A stretch of 64,000 nt of DNA. Origin: a virus. Made by a program: the position numbers and the translations under genes. Below, one piece after another: positions 10,004-19,035 of the stretch. Numbering within the stretch: the first letter of the stretch is position 1; each line of letters opens with the position of its first letter. The notes under the pieces are model-generated. The model was not told the DNA's origin, ran no database searches, and saw only the letters and a program-made list of their open reading frames with translations. The DNA is taken from positions 32,001 to 96,000 of the IMG/VR virus record IMGVR_UViG_3300037483_001670. One strand, given 5' to 3'.

Positions 10004-10031
10004 GAGTGCCCTCCGTTGGGCCGCGGCGAGC

Positions 10032-10505
10032 CTAGGCCGCCGCGGATCCGTACCAAGAGCGCGACGCGCGAACCTTGGCACCGTTGTACGAGGCGCGGGT
10101 GTCGCGCCAGACCGGGTGATGGGTCACCCCGTTGCACTCTTCGATGGCGCGCCCGCCGTCGATCGTCTCGACCCGACCGTCGGGCCCGAGGACTTCGCCC
10201 CGGCGGATCCCGCCTGTTTTGGCGATGACGCGCACCGCGGCGCCGCGTGATCCGACCTCGCGCACTTCCGAGAGCACGCCCTGGAACGTGTAGAGGCGAA
10301 CGAGAAACTTGGGGCGCGGGGTTCGCGCCGGCGCGGCGACGGGCTCGGGTTGCGAGCGGAGCACGAGCTCCGCGTCGACGCGCACGACGTCGCCGTCCGA
10401 GTCACGAAGCGAGACCACCCGCGGGCCGACCGCTTCGACGATGCCGCGGATAACGCCCGCGTCCGTCTGCACTTCCACCGGCTCGCCTACTTTGATCTCG
10501 CTCAT
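10032..10505 (-). CDS. hypothetical protein, first gene of the minus-strand run
   Basis: 157 aa, GAGGA SD upstream. Confidence 0.55.
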   Translation of the reverse strand: MSEIKVGEPVEVQTDAGVIRGIVEAVGPRVVSLRDSDGDVVRVDAELVLRSQPEPVAAPARTPRPKFLVRLYTFQGVLSEVREVGSRGAAVRVIAKTGGIRRGEVLGPDGRVETIDGGRAIEECNGVTHHPVWRDTRASYNGAKVRASRSWYGSAAA

Positions 10506-10600
10506 TGTCTCATCCTCCTGCCGGCCCGCGGCGAGCCCCTTTTGGGTCCCGACCGCTCCGGCTTACGTCCCTAGTTCGGCCGCGGCGAGCTCGAGGTGTC

Positions 10601-10671
10601 GCGGGCTCATAGCATCGGGTACATGACCGTGGTATGGTGCCGCGGGCTCATAGCGGACGTTATGAGCCCGC
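10601..10671. repeat. direct plus inverted repeat cluster GCGGGCTCATA
   Basis: GCGGGCTCATAGC at 10601-10613 and 10642-10654; inverted copy TATGAGCCCGC at 10661-10671 gives an 11-bp stem. Confidence 0.75.
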
Positions 10672-10917
10672 TGCCTGCCGGGCCCCGCCGCGGCCGAACT
10701 AGACTCGGAAGCAGGCAGTAACCGGGGGGCCGCGGGGCTCGCCGCAGTCGAACAAGGGTCACGAAACGAGAGCAAGAAAGGGAGGTGCAACGACAACGAC
10801 GGGCAGGGCGAGAACGGACGGACGAACGGCGCGTGACAAGACACGCGACGCTTCCCAGGGAGACCTGGCCAGTCCCCGGCCCTGCTGAGTGAAACGCAAG
10901 GGGCGGCATGGGCCGCT

Positions 10918-11280
10918 CGCTTTGCAGAGTGCCCGAACGGTTCGGGGACTCCGTCAAGCGGGAAGGAGACAAAGTGGCAGGACCGACGCGAAACGCTGAA
11001 TACAATGCGGTACTCGCGAGCTGGAAAGAGCAGGGGGCGCCAAGCGATCCGCAGTGCGAGGAATGCGGGTGCGATCTCACCGGCAAGGAAGTCGTCGAGA
11101 TCACGATCGGTTGGTACTGCGAAACGTGCGCGGAAACGTACGACGGTGACGTCACTGGGGGCGAGTGGCCCCACGACAGGGAGGACTTCCACTCGGACGG
11201 TTGAAAGTAGTGCGCGGGCAATGTGGTCCGCGCGCTTTGCAGAGTGCCCGAACGGTTCGGGCGCTCCGTCAAGCGAAAGG
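10918..11280 (+). repeat. two copies of a ~45-nt palindromic repeat
   Basis: CGCTTTGCAGAGTGCCCGAACGGTTCGGG(GA/CG)CTCCGTCAAGCG at 10918-10960 and 11233-11275; core CCCGAA-CGG-TTCGGG. Confidence 0.85.
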
Positions 11281-11284
11281 ATGG

Positions 11285-11432
11285 TTTGAATCGGTTTCAC
11301 GCAACCCGCCGGGGAAGAGGTTCAATTCCTCCGGTGGCAGCGCCCGGCCGGGCTCTGACTGCGACGACTTGGGGACGCCCGAATCGCGCGCCTTGGTGGT
11401 TGACCCTGGCGGGTTGCGTGAAGTCGAATCAA
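11285..11432 (+). ncRNA. candidate structured RNA (long stem enclosing a T-loop-like hairpin)
   Basis: TTCACGCAACCCGCCGGGG (11296-11314) pairs with CCCTGGCGGGTTGCGTGAA (11404-11422); internal GAGG-TTCAATT-CCTC. Confidence 0.45.
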
Positions 11433-11611
11433 GCGAAGGGAAGGAGGTTGAACGTGCCGAACAAGAATGTAGTGGAGCGTCCGACCATTCGGGTCCCTCG
11501 CTCGGAAACGACGGACGCGGCGCTCCTCGGTGAGTGGCGCAAGGTGCAAGCGGTGCGCGACGCGCGACGGGTCAACCCCTCGCTGAGTGAGCTCGCCGCG
11601 GAGGTGCAGTC

Positions 11612-11929
11612 ATGAAACGGTGGGCAATTCTTCTGGCGGTTTCTGCGGTCGGTTGTGCTGGCCGCCTCGTTCCCGATTCGACCGATGGCGCTGTCGTGGC
11701 GCTCCCCGATGTCTGCCACGCGCCCGAGTTCACTCCCGCGGAGTGCAAGCCCGACGTCCTCAACGACGGCAAGGGCAGCGACGATCACCGCGTGGTCTGT
11801 GTCCGCGGCAACGATCAATGGATCTTCTACCCCTCGGGCGAGTTCTTTCGCCTGGCGATTCAACCCCCGGACGTGCTCTGTCGCGTCCTCCCCACGGGCG
11901 AGGTGGCTTGGCCCCTCGCGGATCGGTGA
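11612..11929 (+). CDS. putative lipoprotein
   Basis: MKRWAILLAVSAVGC lipobox-like signal. Confidence 0.65.
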   Translation: MKRWAILLAVSAVGCAGRLVPDSTDGAVVALPDVCHAPEFTPAECKPDVLNDGKGSDDHRVVCVRGNDQWIFYPSGEFFRLAIQPPDVLCRVLPTGEVAWPLADR

Positions 11930-11933
11930 CCCG

Positions 11934-12230
11934 ATGAAACGCTTCGCTGCCATTCTCCTGCTCGCCCTGCCGGGTTGCTCTGCGAGCTTCCTCGGCGACT
12001 CGGAAGCCGCCTGCGAGATCATCGTCAACGCGATTCACGAGTTCGAAGCGCGGTGCAATACGCACCTGCTCGGTCACGTGCAAGTCTGCGATGAGGTGCT
12101 GTTTTCATCGAACACAACGGCGAGCGTCGCCTACGACTGCGAGCGGGAGCTACGCGCTACCGCCTGCAATCCGGAGTTCGTAGCGATTCCGGAAAGCTGC
12201 AAACCCATCTACTTCGCGCCGGGGCTCTAA
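11934..12230 (+). CDS. putative Cys-rich lipoprotein
   Basis: MKRFAAILLLALPGC lipobox-like signal; several further Cys. Confidence 0.65.
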   Translation: MKRFAAILLLALPGCSASFLGDSEAACEIIVNAIHEFEARCNTHLLGHVQVCDEVLFSSNTTASVAYDCERELRATACNPEFVAIPESCKPIYFAPGL

Positions 12231-12610
12231 TGCTCAACACAGAAGCGTTCGTGGTGCTCGCTGGAAACTCGGCGCCGTGGGATGGCGAGATACGCGCGAG
12301 GTGCGCGCCGGGCATCCACGAGGGAACGTTCGAGTCGGAGGGCCTGTGCAAGGTCCAGGAAGATCAGTGGGCGCGCGGCCGTCGCGGTGCGCGCCTCCAT
12401 CGCACGATGTACGGGTGGAGCGTGCGCCACGACTCCGGTCTCGAAAACTGGGGCATCCTCTACTCGCAACGGCACCTACCCGAGAGCGAGCGCACCCTTG
12501 CCGCCGCGGTGGCCTTCGGTACCGCGTGGGTGAACGAAGATCCGGAACACCGCGAGTTCTACGCGTACCGCAAGGACGTCGAGGGACTCCTTCCGACGGC
12601 GGGGCTGTGA
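12230..12610 (+). CDS. hypothetical protein
   Basis: 126 aa, TAATG coupling. Confidence 0.55.
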   Translation: MLNTEAFVVLAGNSAPWDGEIRARCAPGIHEGTFESEGLCKVQEDQWARGRRGARLHRTMYGWSVRHDSGLENWGILYSQRHLPESERTLAAAVAFGTAWVNEDPEHREFYAYRKDVEGLLPTAGL

Positions 12611-12618
12611 GGTCACCA

Positions 12619-12930
12619 ATGGCTCTCAACAACTACGGATACATGGGATCAATCGAGCTGGGGCCGGCCGCTGGCCCGCTCGGCAAGTACTTTGCGCAGG
12701 GCGCTCGGTGTGGCGCCATCGAAGGCAAGGGGCGCGCTGGCCAGTACGTCATCGGCGAAGAGACCGAGCTTTCGTGGGAAGCGGCCGATGCGAACACGGC
12801 TGGCAAGGATCGCGTTTTTAACTGCGCGTGGTCGGCGGGGTACCGGTACGGGTACCTGCGCGCCGCGGAAGGTTCGACCGTTCACCCCGACGTCTACACA
12901 ACCGAATTGCCGCCGACGGCGGGCGCGTGA
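12619..12930 (+). CDS. hypothetical protein
   Basis: ATG at 12619 after GAGG. Confidence 0.5.
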   Translation: MALNNYGYMGSIELGPAAGPLGKYFAQGARCGAIEGKGRAGQYVIGEETELSWEAADANTAGKDRVFNCAWSAGYRYGYLRAAEGSTVHPDVYTTELPPTAGA

Positions 12931-13186
12931 ACCGCGCCACGGCCCTCGCGATTGCGGTCAACTTGATCGCGGAACAATTGTGCGGGGGCGACCCCCCGAA
13001 CGTCGTGCGCTGTATGTGCACGTACTGCCTCGAAGAGATCGATCCACGGGCGGAGCTGTCAGTGCAACGCGCCCCCGACAACGGGGAATGCTTGCGCTGC
13101 GGCGACCCGGTGCGTGAACGAATGGGCGGCCTCGTCTTCGTGACGACGCCCCGCAATTGGCTCGCCGCGGGCGAGTAGGGACTACC

Positions 13187-14491
13187 ATGACGAACGAAAC
13201 GACCGAAACACACGGCGCGCTCGCCGCCTACCAGATCCCGGACGCGCGGCTCGCCACGCTCCAGACCAAGGTCTCGCGGCTCGCGCGACGGTGCGCCAAG
13301 CTCAAGATGCCGGCCCTCGTGCTCCGTGAGGTGCGCAAGGACGCACGGATCAAGCGCCTTCCGAGAGAGAGCGGCGGCCCGCCGCGCATTCTCGAATTGC
13401 CGTGCACGTGGTGCGAGCTCGAGGGCCCTAGCCCGAAGCTCTCGGGCTACGACTTTCTCGCGCGGCTGGAACATACCGAAACGGGGAACCTCGTTTCGAA
13501 AACGCCCGCCGCTGGCGAGGTCGACCTGATTGCGTACCGGTCGGCCGGCCCGAACTGCGATCACTGCAAGTCGAAACGCAAGCGTGCCGACACGTTCGTG
13601 CTCCGCGCCCCCGATGGGACGCTCAAACAGATCGGCCGCAATTGCCTGGCCGACTATCTGCGCTCCGCGAACGTCGAGGTGGTTGTTGCCATCCTGGAAT
13701 TGACTCACGAACTGTCGATCTCGACGGACGGCGAAGAAGCCGACGACTACGATGGCGAGGGCGGCGGCGGTGGGTGGCGTTCGATTCTGCCCGTCGATCG
13801 GTTCCTGGCGGCGGCCGTTGCGGCCGTGCGTCAAAAGGGTTGGACGTCGCGCGGCGCGGCCAGCGCCTACCTCGAAGCGACCGGCGGCCAAGCGGCCAAG
13901 CAGTCGACCGCGGACTTTGCGTCGTTCATATCGGGCCGTGCCCCGACCTCGGCGCGTGAGCTCGAGTACTGGCGTTCGGCCCAGCCGACGCCGGGCGACG
14001 TCGAGCGCGCGGGCGTCGTTCTCGCGTGGCTGCTCGCCACGACGGACGCGAGCGATTACATGTACAACCTCCGCACGGCGGCGCAGCAGTCCAGCGTCAC
14101 GCACCGCACGGTTGGGTTGCTCGCGTCGGCGGTGCAAGCCTACGCGCGGGAGATCGAGAAAGTCGAGGCCGCCAGGCGCGCGCCCGCGACTTCGACCGAG
14201 TATTTCGGCGAGATCAAAAAGCGGTACGACCTCACGGGCACCGTGACGTTCGTTCGCGAGATCGCCGGTTGGCGTGACAGCGTCAAGACCGTGGTCGGGA
14301 TCGAGTCGCCCGAGGGGCACCGGTTCACTTGGTTCGCTACCGGCTGGAAGGACTACGCGCCAGGCGACACCCTCGAGTTTCGCGGGACCGTCGTCAAGCA
14401 CGAGATCTTCCGCGACCGCAAGCAGACGGTGCTTTCGCGCTGCGAGATCTCGAAGGTCAGCAAAAAAAAGGATAAGGAGCTCGCCTCGTGA
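13187..14491 (+). CDS. conserved phage protein with Zn ribbon and C-terminal OB-fold-like domain
   Basis: FLARLEH..GNLV; CDHCKSKRKR..KQIGRNCLADYL; C-terminal FGEIKKR..FTWFA..GTVVKH..FRDRKQTVLSRC. Confidence 0.7.
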   Translation: MTNETTETHGALAAYQIPDARLATLQTKVSRLARRCAKLKMPALVLREVRKDARIKRLPRESGGPPRILELPCTWCELEGPSPKLSGYDFLARLEHTETGNLVSKTPAAGEVDLIAYRSAGPNCDHCKSKRKRADTFVLRAPDGTLKQIGRNCLADYLRSANVEVVVAILELTHELSISTDGEEADDYDGEGGGGGWRSILPVDRFLAAAVAAVRQKGWTSRGAASAYLEATGGQAAKQSTADFASFISGRAPTSARELEYWRSAQPTPGDVERAGVVLAWLLATTDASDYMYNLRTAAQQSSVTHRTVGLLASAVQAYAREIEKVEAARRAPATSTEYFGEIKKRYDLTGTVTFVREIAGWRDSVKTVVGIESPEGHRFTWFATGWKDYAPGDTLEFRGTVVKHEIFRDRKQTVLSRCEISKVSKKKDKELAS

Positions 14492-14922
14492 AAACGGAAC
14501 GAATCAAGTCGCCCGAAGAACGGGCGCAAGAAACCGAGTACCAGCGACGGCGCTCGCTGCCGGGTGTCGAGGTGCGGCGCATGCACACCGCTCGGTCGAG
14601 TGACCAAGTGCTTTCGCATAACGGGTGCGAGCTCGGATCGCGATCCGAGCTGATGACGCGCGGCAAGGTGGTGAGCGTTCACTACGCGCTGCCCCCGCTG
14701 CCGGCGGACTTGACCAAGCCCTCCCGTGCGAAGCTGGAACGGCTCGTCTGGCAGCATACGCCCAGCGCCTATCGAGGGACGCTCGCGGACGGCCAGAAGT
14801 CGATCCTGATGCTCGAGAAGTCCACCGGGGCCACCGTGCTCGCGCCGCTATCGACCCTGACCGAGGCGCAACTGCTCGACAAGCTGCCGAGCGCCGTGCG
14901 CGCCGAACTGGAGTCCCAATGA
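14488..14922 (+). CDS. hypothetical protein
   Basis: GTG start with AAGGAG SD. Confidence 0.55.
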   Translation: MKTERIKSPEERAQETEYQRRRSLPGVEVRRMHTARSSDQVLSHNGCELGSRSELMTRGKVVSVHYALPPLPADLTKPSRAKLERLVWQHTPSAYRGTLADGQKSILMLEKSTGATVLAPLSTLTEAQLLDKLPSAVRAELESQ

Positions 14923-15422
14923 CGGCTCGATCGGGTTACGGAGGATGGCCGCTCGTTCCGTCGAAAAACTTCCCCGGTGAGACGACGATCGCGTGCAAGG
15001 CGTGCGGCTCGACGGACGTCAAGTTGACAGGCTGCTACGGCTACCCCGGTACGGGTCCGGGTGGCAGGGGCCGGCTCGGCGACCCGGGCGGGCTCGATTG
15101 GGCGGAGTGCAGTGCGTGCAAGGCGCGCGGCTACGCCAGCCAGAAGCTCCGTTTCGTGGTCAAGCTCGAGAACCTGGACGACCGCGAAGGATCCGTGATG
15201 GCGGAGGTTCGCGGGGATGGCGCGCTCGCGTGGGCGCTTTCCGATCAGGCGATTGGCGGGGCGCGCTGGGAGGGCGTCGATCGCGACCCTGACTACGCGC
15301 TTGCGTTTCCGGCCGACTGGTCGGGCCTCGTCGAGCAGTTGCAAAAAGAGGGCTACGAGCTCGACCTGGACGACTACTGCCCGCCCACCCCCAATAACCG
15401 GGGGACCGATGCAAGCGGGTGA
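14919..15422 (+). CDS. hypothetical protein with Zn ribbon
   Basis: CKACG ... CSAC; ATG at 14919. Confidence 0.5.
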   Translation: MTARSGYGGWPLVPSKNFPGETTIACKACGSTDVKLTGCYGYPGTGPGGRGRLGDPGGLDWAECSACKARGYASQKLRFVVKLENLDDREGSVMAEVRGDGALAWALSDQAIGGARWEGVDRDPDYALAFPADWSGLVEQLQKEGYELDLDDYCPPTPNNRGTDASG

Positions 15423-15648
15423 TTGTTTCTACGTCGCCTTCCCCGATGGGGTCGAGATCGTGGAGTTCGTGACCGAGGGGACGGGCAACCACAACGTCAA
15501 GTCAGGGCACTTCCACGATCCCGTGGTCGTGCGTATGCGTGTTCCGGAGGGCGGCGATTACGTCGTCAGCCGCGCTGAATTGTACACGTCGCCGCTCGCA
15601 GCGGCGATTCGATCGGCCGAACTGGCCAAGGAGATCGACACCGAATGA
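15409..15648 (+). CDS. hypothetical protein
   Basis: ATG at 15409, coupled to the ComM-like gene. Confidence 0.5.
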   Translation: MQAGDCFYVAFPDGVEIVEFVTEGTGNHNVKSGHFHDPVVVRMRVPEGGDYVVSRAELYTSPLAAAIRSAELAKEIDTE

Positions 15649-17033
15649 AACCGGACATGAAAGCAACGCTCTACTCGAGCGCCCTCGTGGGCCTGGTCGC
15701 GCACCGCGTTCGGGTGGACGTCGAGGTCGTCGCTTCGGGCGGCGTTTCGCGTGGCCTCGTTCTTCCCGACCTGCCCGAGATCGCCGCGAAGGAATCGCGC
15801 ATCCGCGTGATGGCGGCGCTCGCCCAGCTCGGCGTCGAGCTCGACGGCGTGAGCCTCAAGGTCAAGTTGACGTCTGATGCCTCGCTTCAGCATGCGAGCG
15901 GAGCGCTCGATCTCGCCATCGCCGTCGGCGCCATGGCGGCCATCGGCAAGGTGCCCGCGTCGCGGTGCGACGAGGCGACGCTCTTTCTCGGCGAGCTTGC
16001 CATGGACGGCGGCGTGCGGGCCATTCGCGGCGCGTATGCGCACTTGGCCGGCGCTGCCGACAACGGCTTTCGTCGCGCGATTCTGTCCGTCGGCAACCAC
16101 GGCGAGGCAGCAGGCTACACCGTCGGAACGGCGGAGCACCTGCGCGACGTCCGCGCGTGGCTTTGCGGCGAGGAGACCTTGCCGAAGGCGCTGCCAATCG
16201 CTCCGGCGCGTAACGCGTCGACGCCGTTCGACATGTCGGACATCGTCGGTCAGGCCCTAGCGTGTCGGGCCCTCGAGATAGCGGCCGTCGGCGGCCACAG
16301 CGTCCTCCTCCTCGGCGCGGCGGGCACCGGCAAAACGATGCTAGCGCGCCGGCTCACCTCGATCCTGCCGGAGCTGAACGCCGCCGAGCGCGACGAGGCG
16401 AGCAAGATTCATAGCGTCGCCGGCCTCTTGGGGCACGGCGCCGGACCGTTGCAAACGCGGCCGTTCCGCGCGCCGCACCACACCGTCAGCTCGACCGGTC
16501 TCGTGGGAGGTGGCACCCCGGCGCGGCCCGGCGAGGTGTCGCTCGCGCACGCGGGCGTCCTCTTCCTCGACGAGGTGCACGAGTTTCGCAAGAGCACGAT
16601 CGAAGCACTCAACGGCTCCCTGACGCAAGGCGCGACCCGCGTCGTCTCGGATGCGGGTCGGCAGACGGCGACGTTTCCGGCGCGCCCGTGGCTCGTTGGG
16701 TCGGCGCCCCTTTGCTCGTGCGGTTGGTCGCGCGTGCCCAATGCGCGACAGTGCAAGTGCTCACCCGAGCAAATCGCGGTCTTCACGCGACGGCTCCCGA
16801 CGTACTTGTTCGACCTGGTCGTGCATGTTGACCCGGTGGTCGTGGCAGCGATGAAGGACCACATCCCCGGCGAGTCGTCGGCGGAAGTGCGGGAGCGCGT
16901 CGTACGTGCTCGCGAGTTTGCGCGTCGCGAAGGTGGTACGGGCGACGTTGCCCGTACGATCGCCGACCTCGACGGTTCGTCGAACGTCATGGCGCGTCAC
17001 ATGGAGGAAGCGCAGAGCTTTCGCGCGCAGTGA
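15645..17033 (+). CDS. comM: ComM/YifB (Mg-chelatase-like AAA+) homologue, degenerate in sensor and Arg-finger motifs
   Basis: LPEIAAKESRIRV; FLGELAMDG; GAAGTGKTMLARRL; RPFRAPHH; RPGEVSLAHAGVLFLDE; VARTIADL. Confidence 0.88.
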   Translation: MKPDMKATLYSSALVGLVAHRVRVDVEVVASGGVSRGLVLPDLPEIAAKESRIRVMAALAQLGVELDGVSLKVKLTSDASLQHASGALDLAIAVGAMAAIGKVPASRCDEATLFLGELAMDGGVRAIRGAYAHLAGAADNGFRRAILSVGNHGEAAGYTVGTAEHLRDVRAWLCGEETLPKALPIAPARNASTPFDMSDIVGQALACRALEIAAVGGHSVLLLGAAGTGKTMLARRLTSILPELNAAERDEASKIHSVAGLLGHGAGPLQTRPFRAPHHTVSSTGLVGGGTPARPGEVSLAHAGVLFLDEVHEFRKSTIEALNGSLTQGATRVVSDAGRQTATFPARPWLVGSAPLCSCGWSRVPNARQCKCSPEQIAVFTRRLPTYLFDLVVHVDPVVVAAMKDHIPGESSAEVRERVVRAREFARREGGTGDVARTIADLDGSSNVMARHMEEAQSFRAQ

Positions 17034-17251
17034 GGCCGTACGTCGGCAAGCACGTTGCGACGGGCGGGCGACGCGTCTTCTGGAGCGCCCGCAAGCCGAC
17101 GCAAGAATCGCACGGGCGACTCTATCGCTACGCGATTGGACCCTTTCGAATGGTGGCCGGCGCGCGCTACATGGCGCGCTACGGCGCGAACAATCCACAG
17201 CTGCGAACCGTCGACGATGCCGAGCGGGCCGCGGCAAAGGCTGAAGAATGA
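17030..17251 (+). CDS. hypothetical protein
   Basis: GTGA coupling on both sides. Confidence 0.45.
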   Translation: MRPYVGKHVATGGRRVFWSARKPTQESHGRLYRYAIGPFRMVAGARYMARYGANNPQLRTVDDAERAAAKAEE

Positions 17252-17871
17252 GCGAAACCATCGTAGGCACTTGCATCGTTTGCAGCCGCGAGATTGCGGT
17301 GACCAAGCCGGGCCGGTTGCGCGTGCCCGCCGACCAGCCCGTCTTCCAGCTCGTGCACCACGGATATCGGAGACCGGGCGACGGCTTCATTGTGGGCGAC
17401 TGCTTTGCGGTCAAGCTTCCGCCCCACGAGCAGGCGAGCCACGCCGCCGAGAAGTACAAGGGTGCGGCGATCGGTTGGCGCATCGGTGCCGAGCTCCACT
17501 TGGAAGCCCTGCGTACGGGCAAGGTACGCGTGCTCCACCGCCCGCTCAAGGTCCCCGTGCCGACTACGGCGAGGCGACCGTTCGACATGTGGGGCGGGGG
17601 TCATTGGCGCAACCGCGCGAATGACGATCCGGGCTGGACCGAATGGGCGGAGCCCTTCACGGCCGATGAGACCGATCTAGCGCGACAAGAGGTTTGGGCG
17701 AAGCTTCTGGACGGCAACATTCGAACGACCGAGCGAGGCGTCGAGTTTTACAAGGAGGAGATCGCCCGCATGGAGGTCGCGATCAAGACCTGGGAAAAGA
17801 AACCGCTGCGGGACCGGCTGAAGGTCGAGCCCGATCCGAAGCGGCGGCGCCGACGACGCCGAGCGTTCTGA
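17248..17871 (+). CDS. hypothetical protein with Zn-binding motifs
   Basis: GTCIVCSREI..LVHHGY..GDC.AVKLPPHE. Confidence 0.6.
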   Translation: MSETIVGTCIVCSREIAVTKPGRLRVPADQPVFQLVHHGYRRPGDGFIVGDCFAVKLPPHEQASHAAEKYKGAAIGWRIGAELHLEALRTGKVRVLHRPLKVPVPTTARRPFDMWGGGHWRNRANDDPGWTEWAEPFTADETDLARQEVWAKLLDGNIRTTERGVEFYKEEIARMEVAIKTWEKKPLRDRLKVEPDPKRRRRRRRAF

Positions 17872-18079
17872 TGCAAACAGGAGGAGACAATGAACGATCT
17901 GGGAGACGTGCCAATCGATGTACTCCTGGGATGGATCGAGCGAGGTCGCGCCGGCACGGTGCTCCTGGGTCGCTGTCGAGACGGCCACCGTCGCCGATCT
18001 CGCGCCCAGGTGTCGCGTCGGGGGCCGGATTCGCTCCGGCCTCCCTCGCGGCATCAGAGCCGCGGAAAGAACAACCACC

Positions 18080-18499
18080 ATGACCACCGAAAAAAAGTAC
18101 CTCACGATCACGATGTCCGAGCGCAGCCCGATCAAAATCGACAAGGCCGAATGGCCCACGATCGCAGATGTCTCCGAGCACGACGGGGTGGTCCGGTCCC
18201 AGGCCAATACGGAGTGGTACATTCGGGTGCGTGAGCATGCCGATGGTCGTCGCATCGTCTATGGCGCGCGTGTTGCGGGCGGCGGCGGGCAGCACGTCGG
18301 GTTTCGCGAGGACCGCGCTGGATTTCTCGTCGATGTACCGCGTAATTTTGCGGGCTCTCCCGTCGACATGACGAGCGATGGCGTGCGACATTCGATCGCG
18401 GATGAAACGATCCGCGCGATCCGTCGCGTGGCCGGAATCGTCGGTGACGACAAGATGGGCGACGAGTGCATCGGGAGTCTGCCTGCCGAGAGTATCTGA
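18080..18499 (+). CDS. hypothetical protein
   Basis: ITMSERSPIKI..EWP..YIRVREHADGRRIVYG; ATG at 18080. Confidence 0.6.
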   Translation: MTTEKKYLTITMSERSPIKIDKAEWPTIADVSEHDGVVRSQANTEWYIRVREHADGRRIVYGARVAGGGGQHVGFREDRAGFLVDVPRNFAGSPVDMTSDGVRHSIADETIRAIRRVAGIVGDDKMGDECIGSLPAESI

Positions 18500-18979
18500 G
18501 TGTTGCACGCTGGGCCGCAGTATGCGGCTCGGCATGGAGGACTCATGATCGACGAGAAAAATGGCCAGCACAGTACCACCCCGCAACCGACCGAAGAGGT
18601 GGTCAGCGAGAGGCGCATCGAGCTCTACGAGCACGGGAGCCTCGTGGCCGTGTATACGCTGGACGAGGCGAGGCAGCACGCGAGGGCGCACGTAGGAGCT
18701 CCGCTCGCTCCGGCGAGCTACCGCGACAAGCAGACAGGGGAGTGGCTCCACGGCTCTAGCTGGTACGCGTGACAGCCCCCACGGAGTCGCCCCGGCGACG
18801 CAGACACGTCCAGGGGCCGTGGGCCCAACCTAGATACGAAGTGTACATGGCGGCCCTCCGCAAGCTGAGACCCCCGGTTCGCGTCTCGTCGACGCCGCCG
18901 ACGCCGCCGGTGGGCGTCTCGTCGATGTCGCGAATGTACCGCGCCGTGCTGCGCAGACTGCGACCGAAATAGTTCACTC

Positions 18980-19010
18980 TTGCACTAGTACGATCGTACT
19001 AGTACGATTC
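18980..19010 (+). promoter_or_regulatory. sigma70-like promoter with palindromic operator (site 2)
   Basis: TTGCAC (18980) N17 TACGAT (19003); perfect 18-bp palindrome CTAGTACGATCGTACTAG at 18985-19002. Confidence 0.75.
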
Positions 19011-19035
19011 TAACCTCAAGCGGCGGAGATCAAAC

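Noticed and set aside
10882-10895. Hammerhead ribozyme (CTGCTGA..GAAAC)
   Set aside because: The core deviates from CUGANGA and there is no room for stem II.
11305-11340. tRNA gene
   Set aside because: Only a T-arm/acceptor-like minihelix is present; no D arm, anticodon arm or CCA can be built.
12818-14401. Long antisense ORFs (also 21351-23606, 28149-29957, 56076-57230, 57318-58928)
   Set aside because: They are Arg/Ala/Gly-rich shadows of real opposite-strand genes in high-GC DNA, with no motifs.
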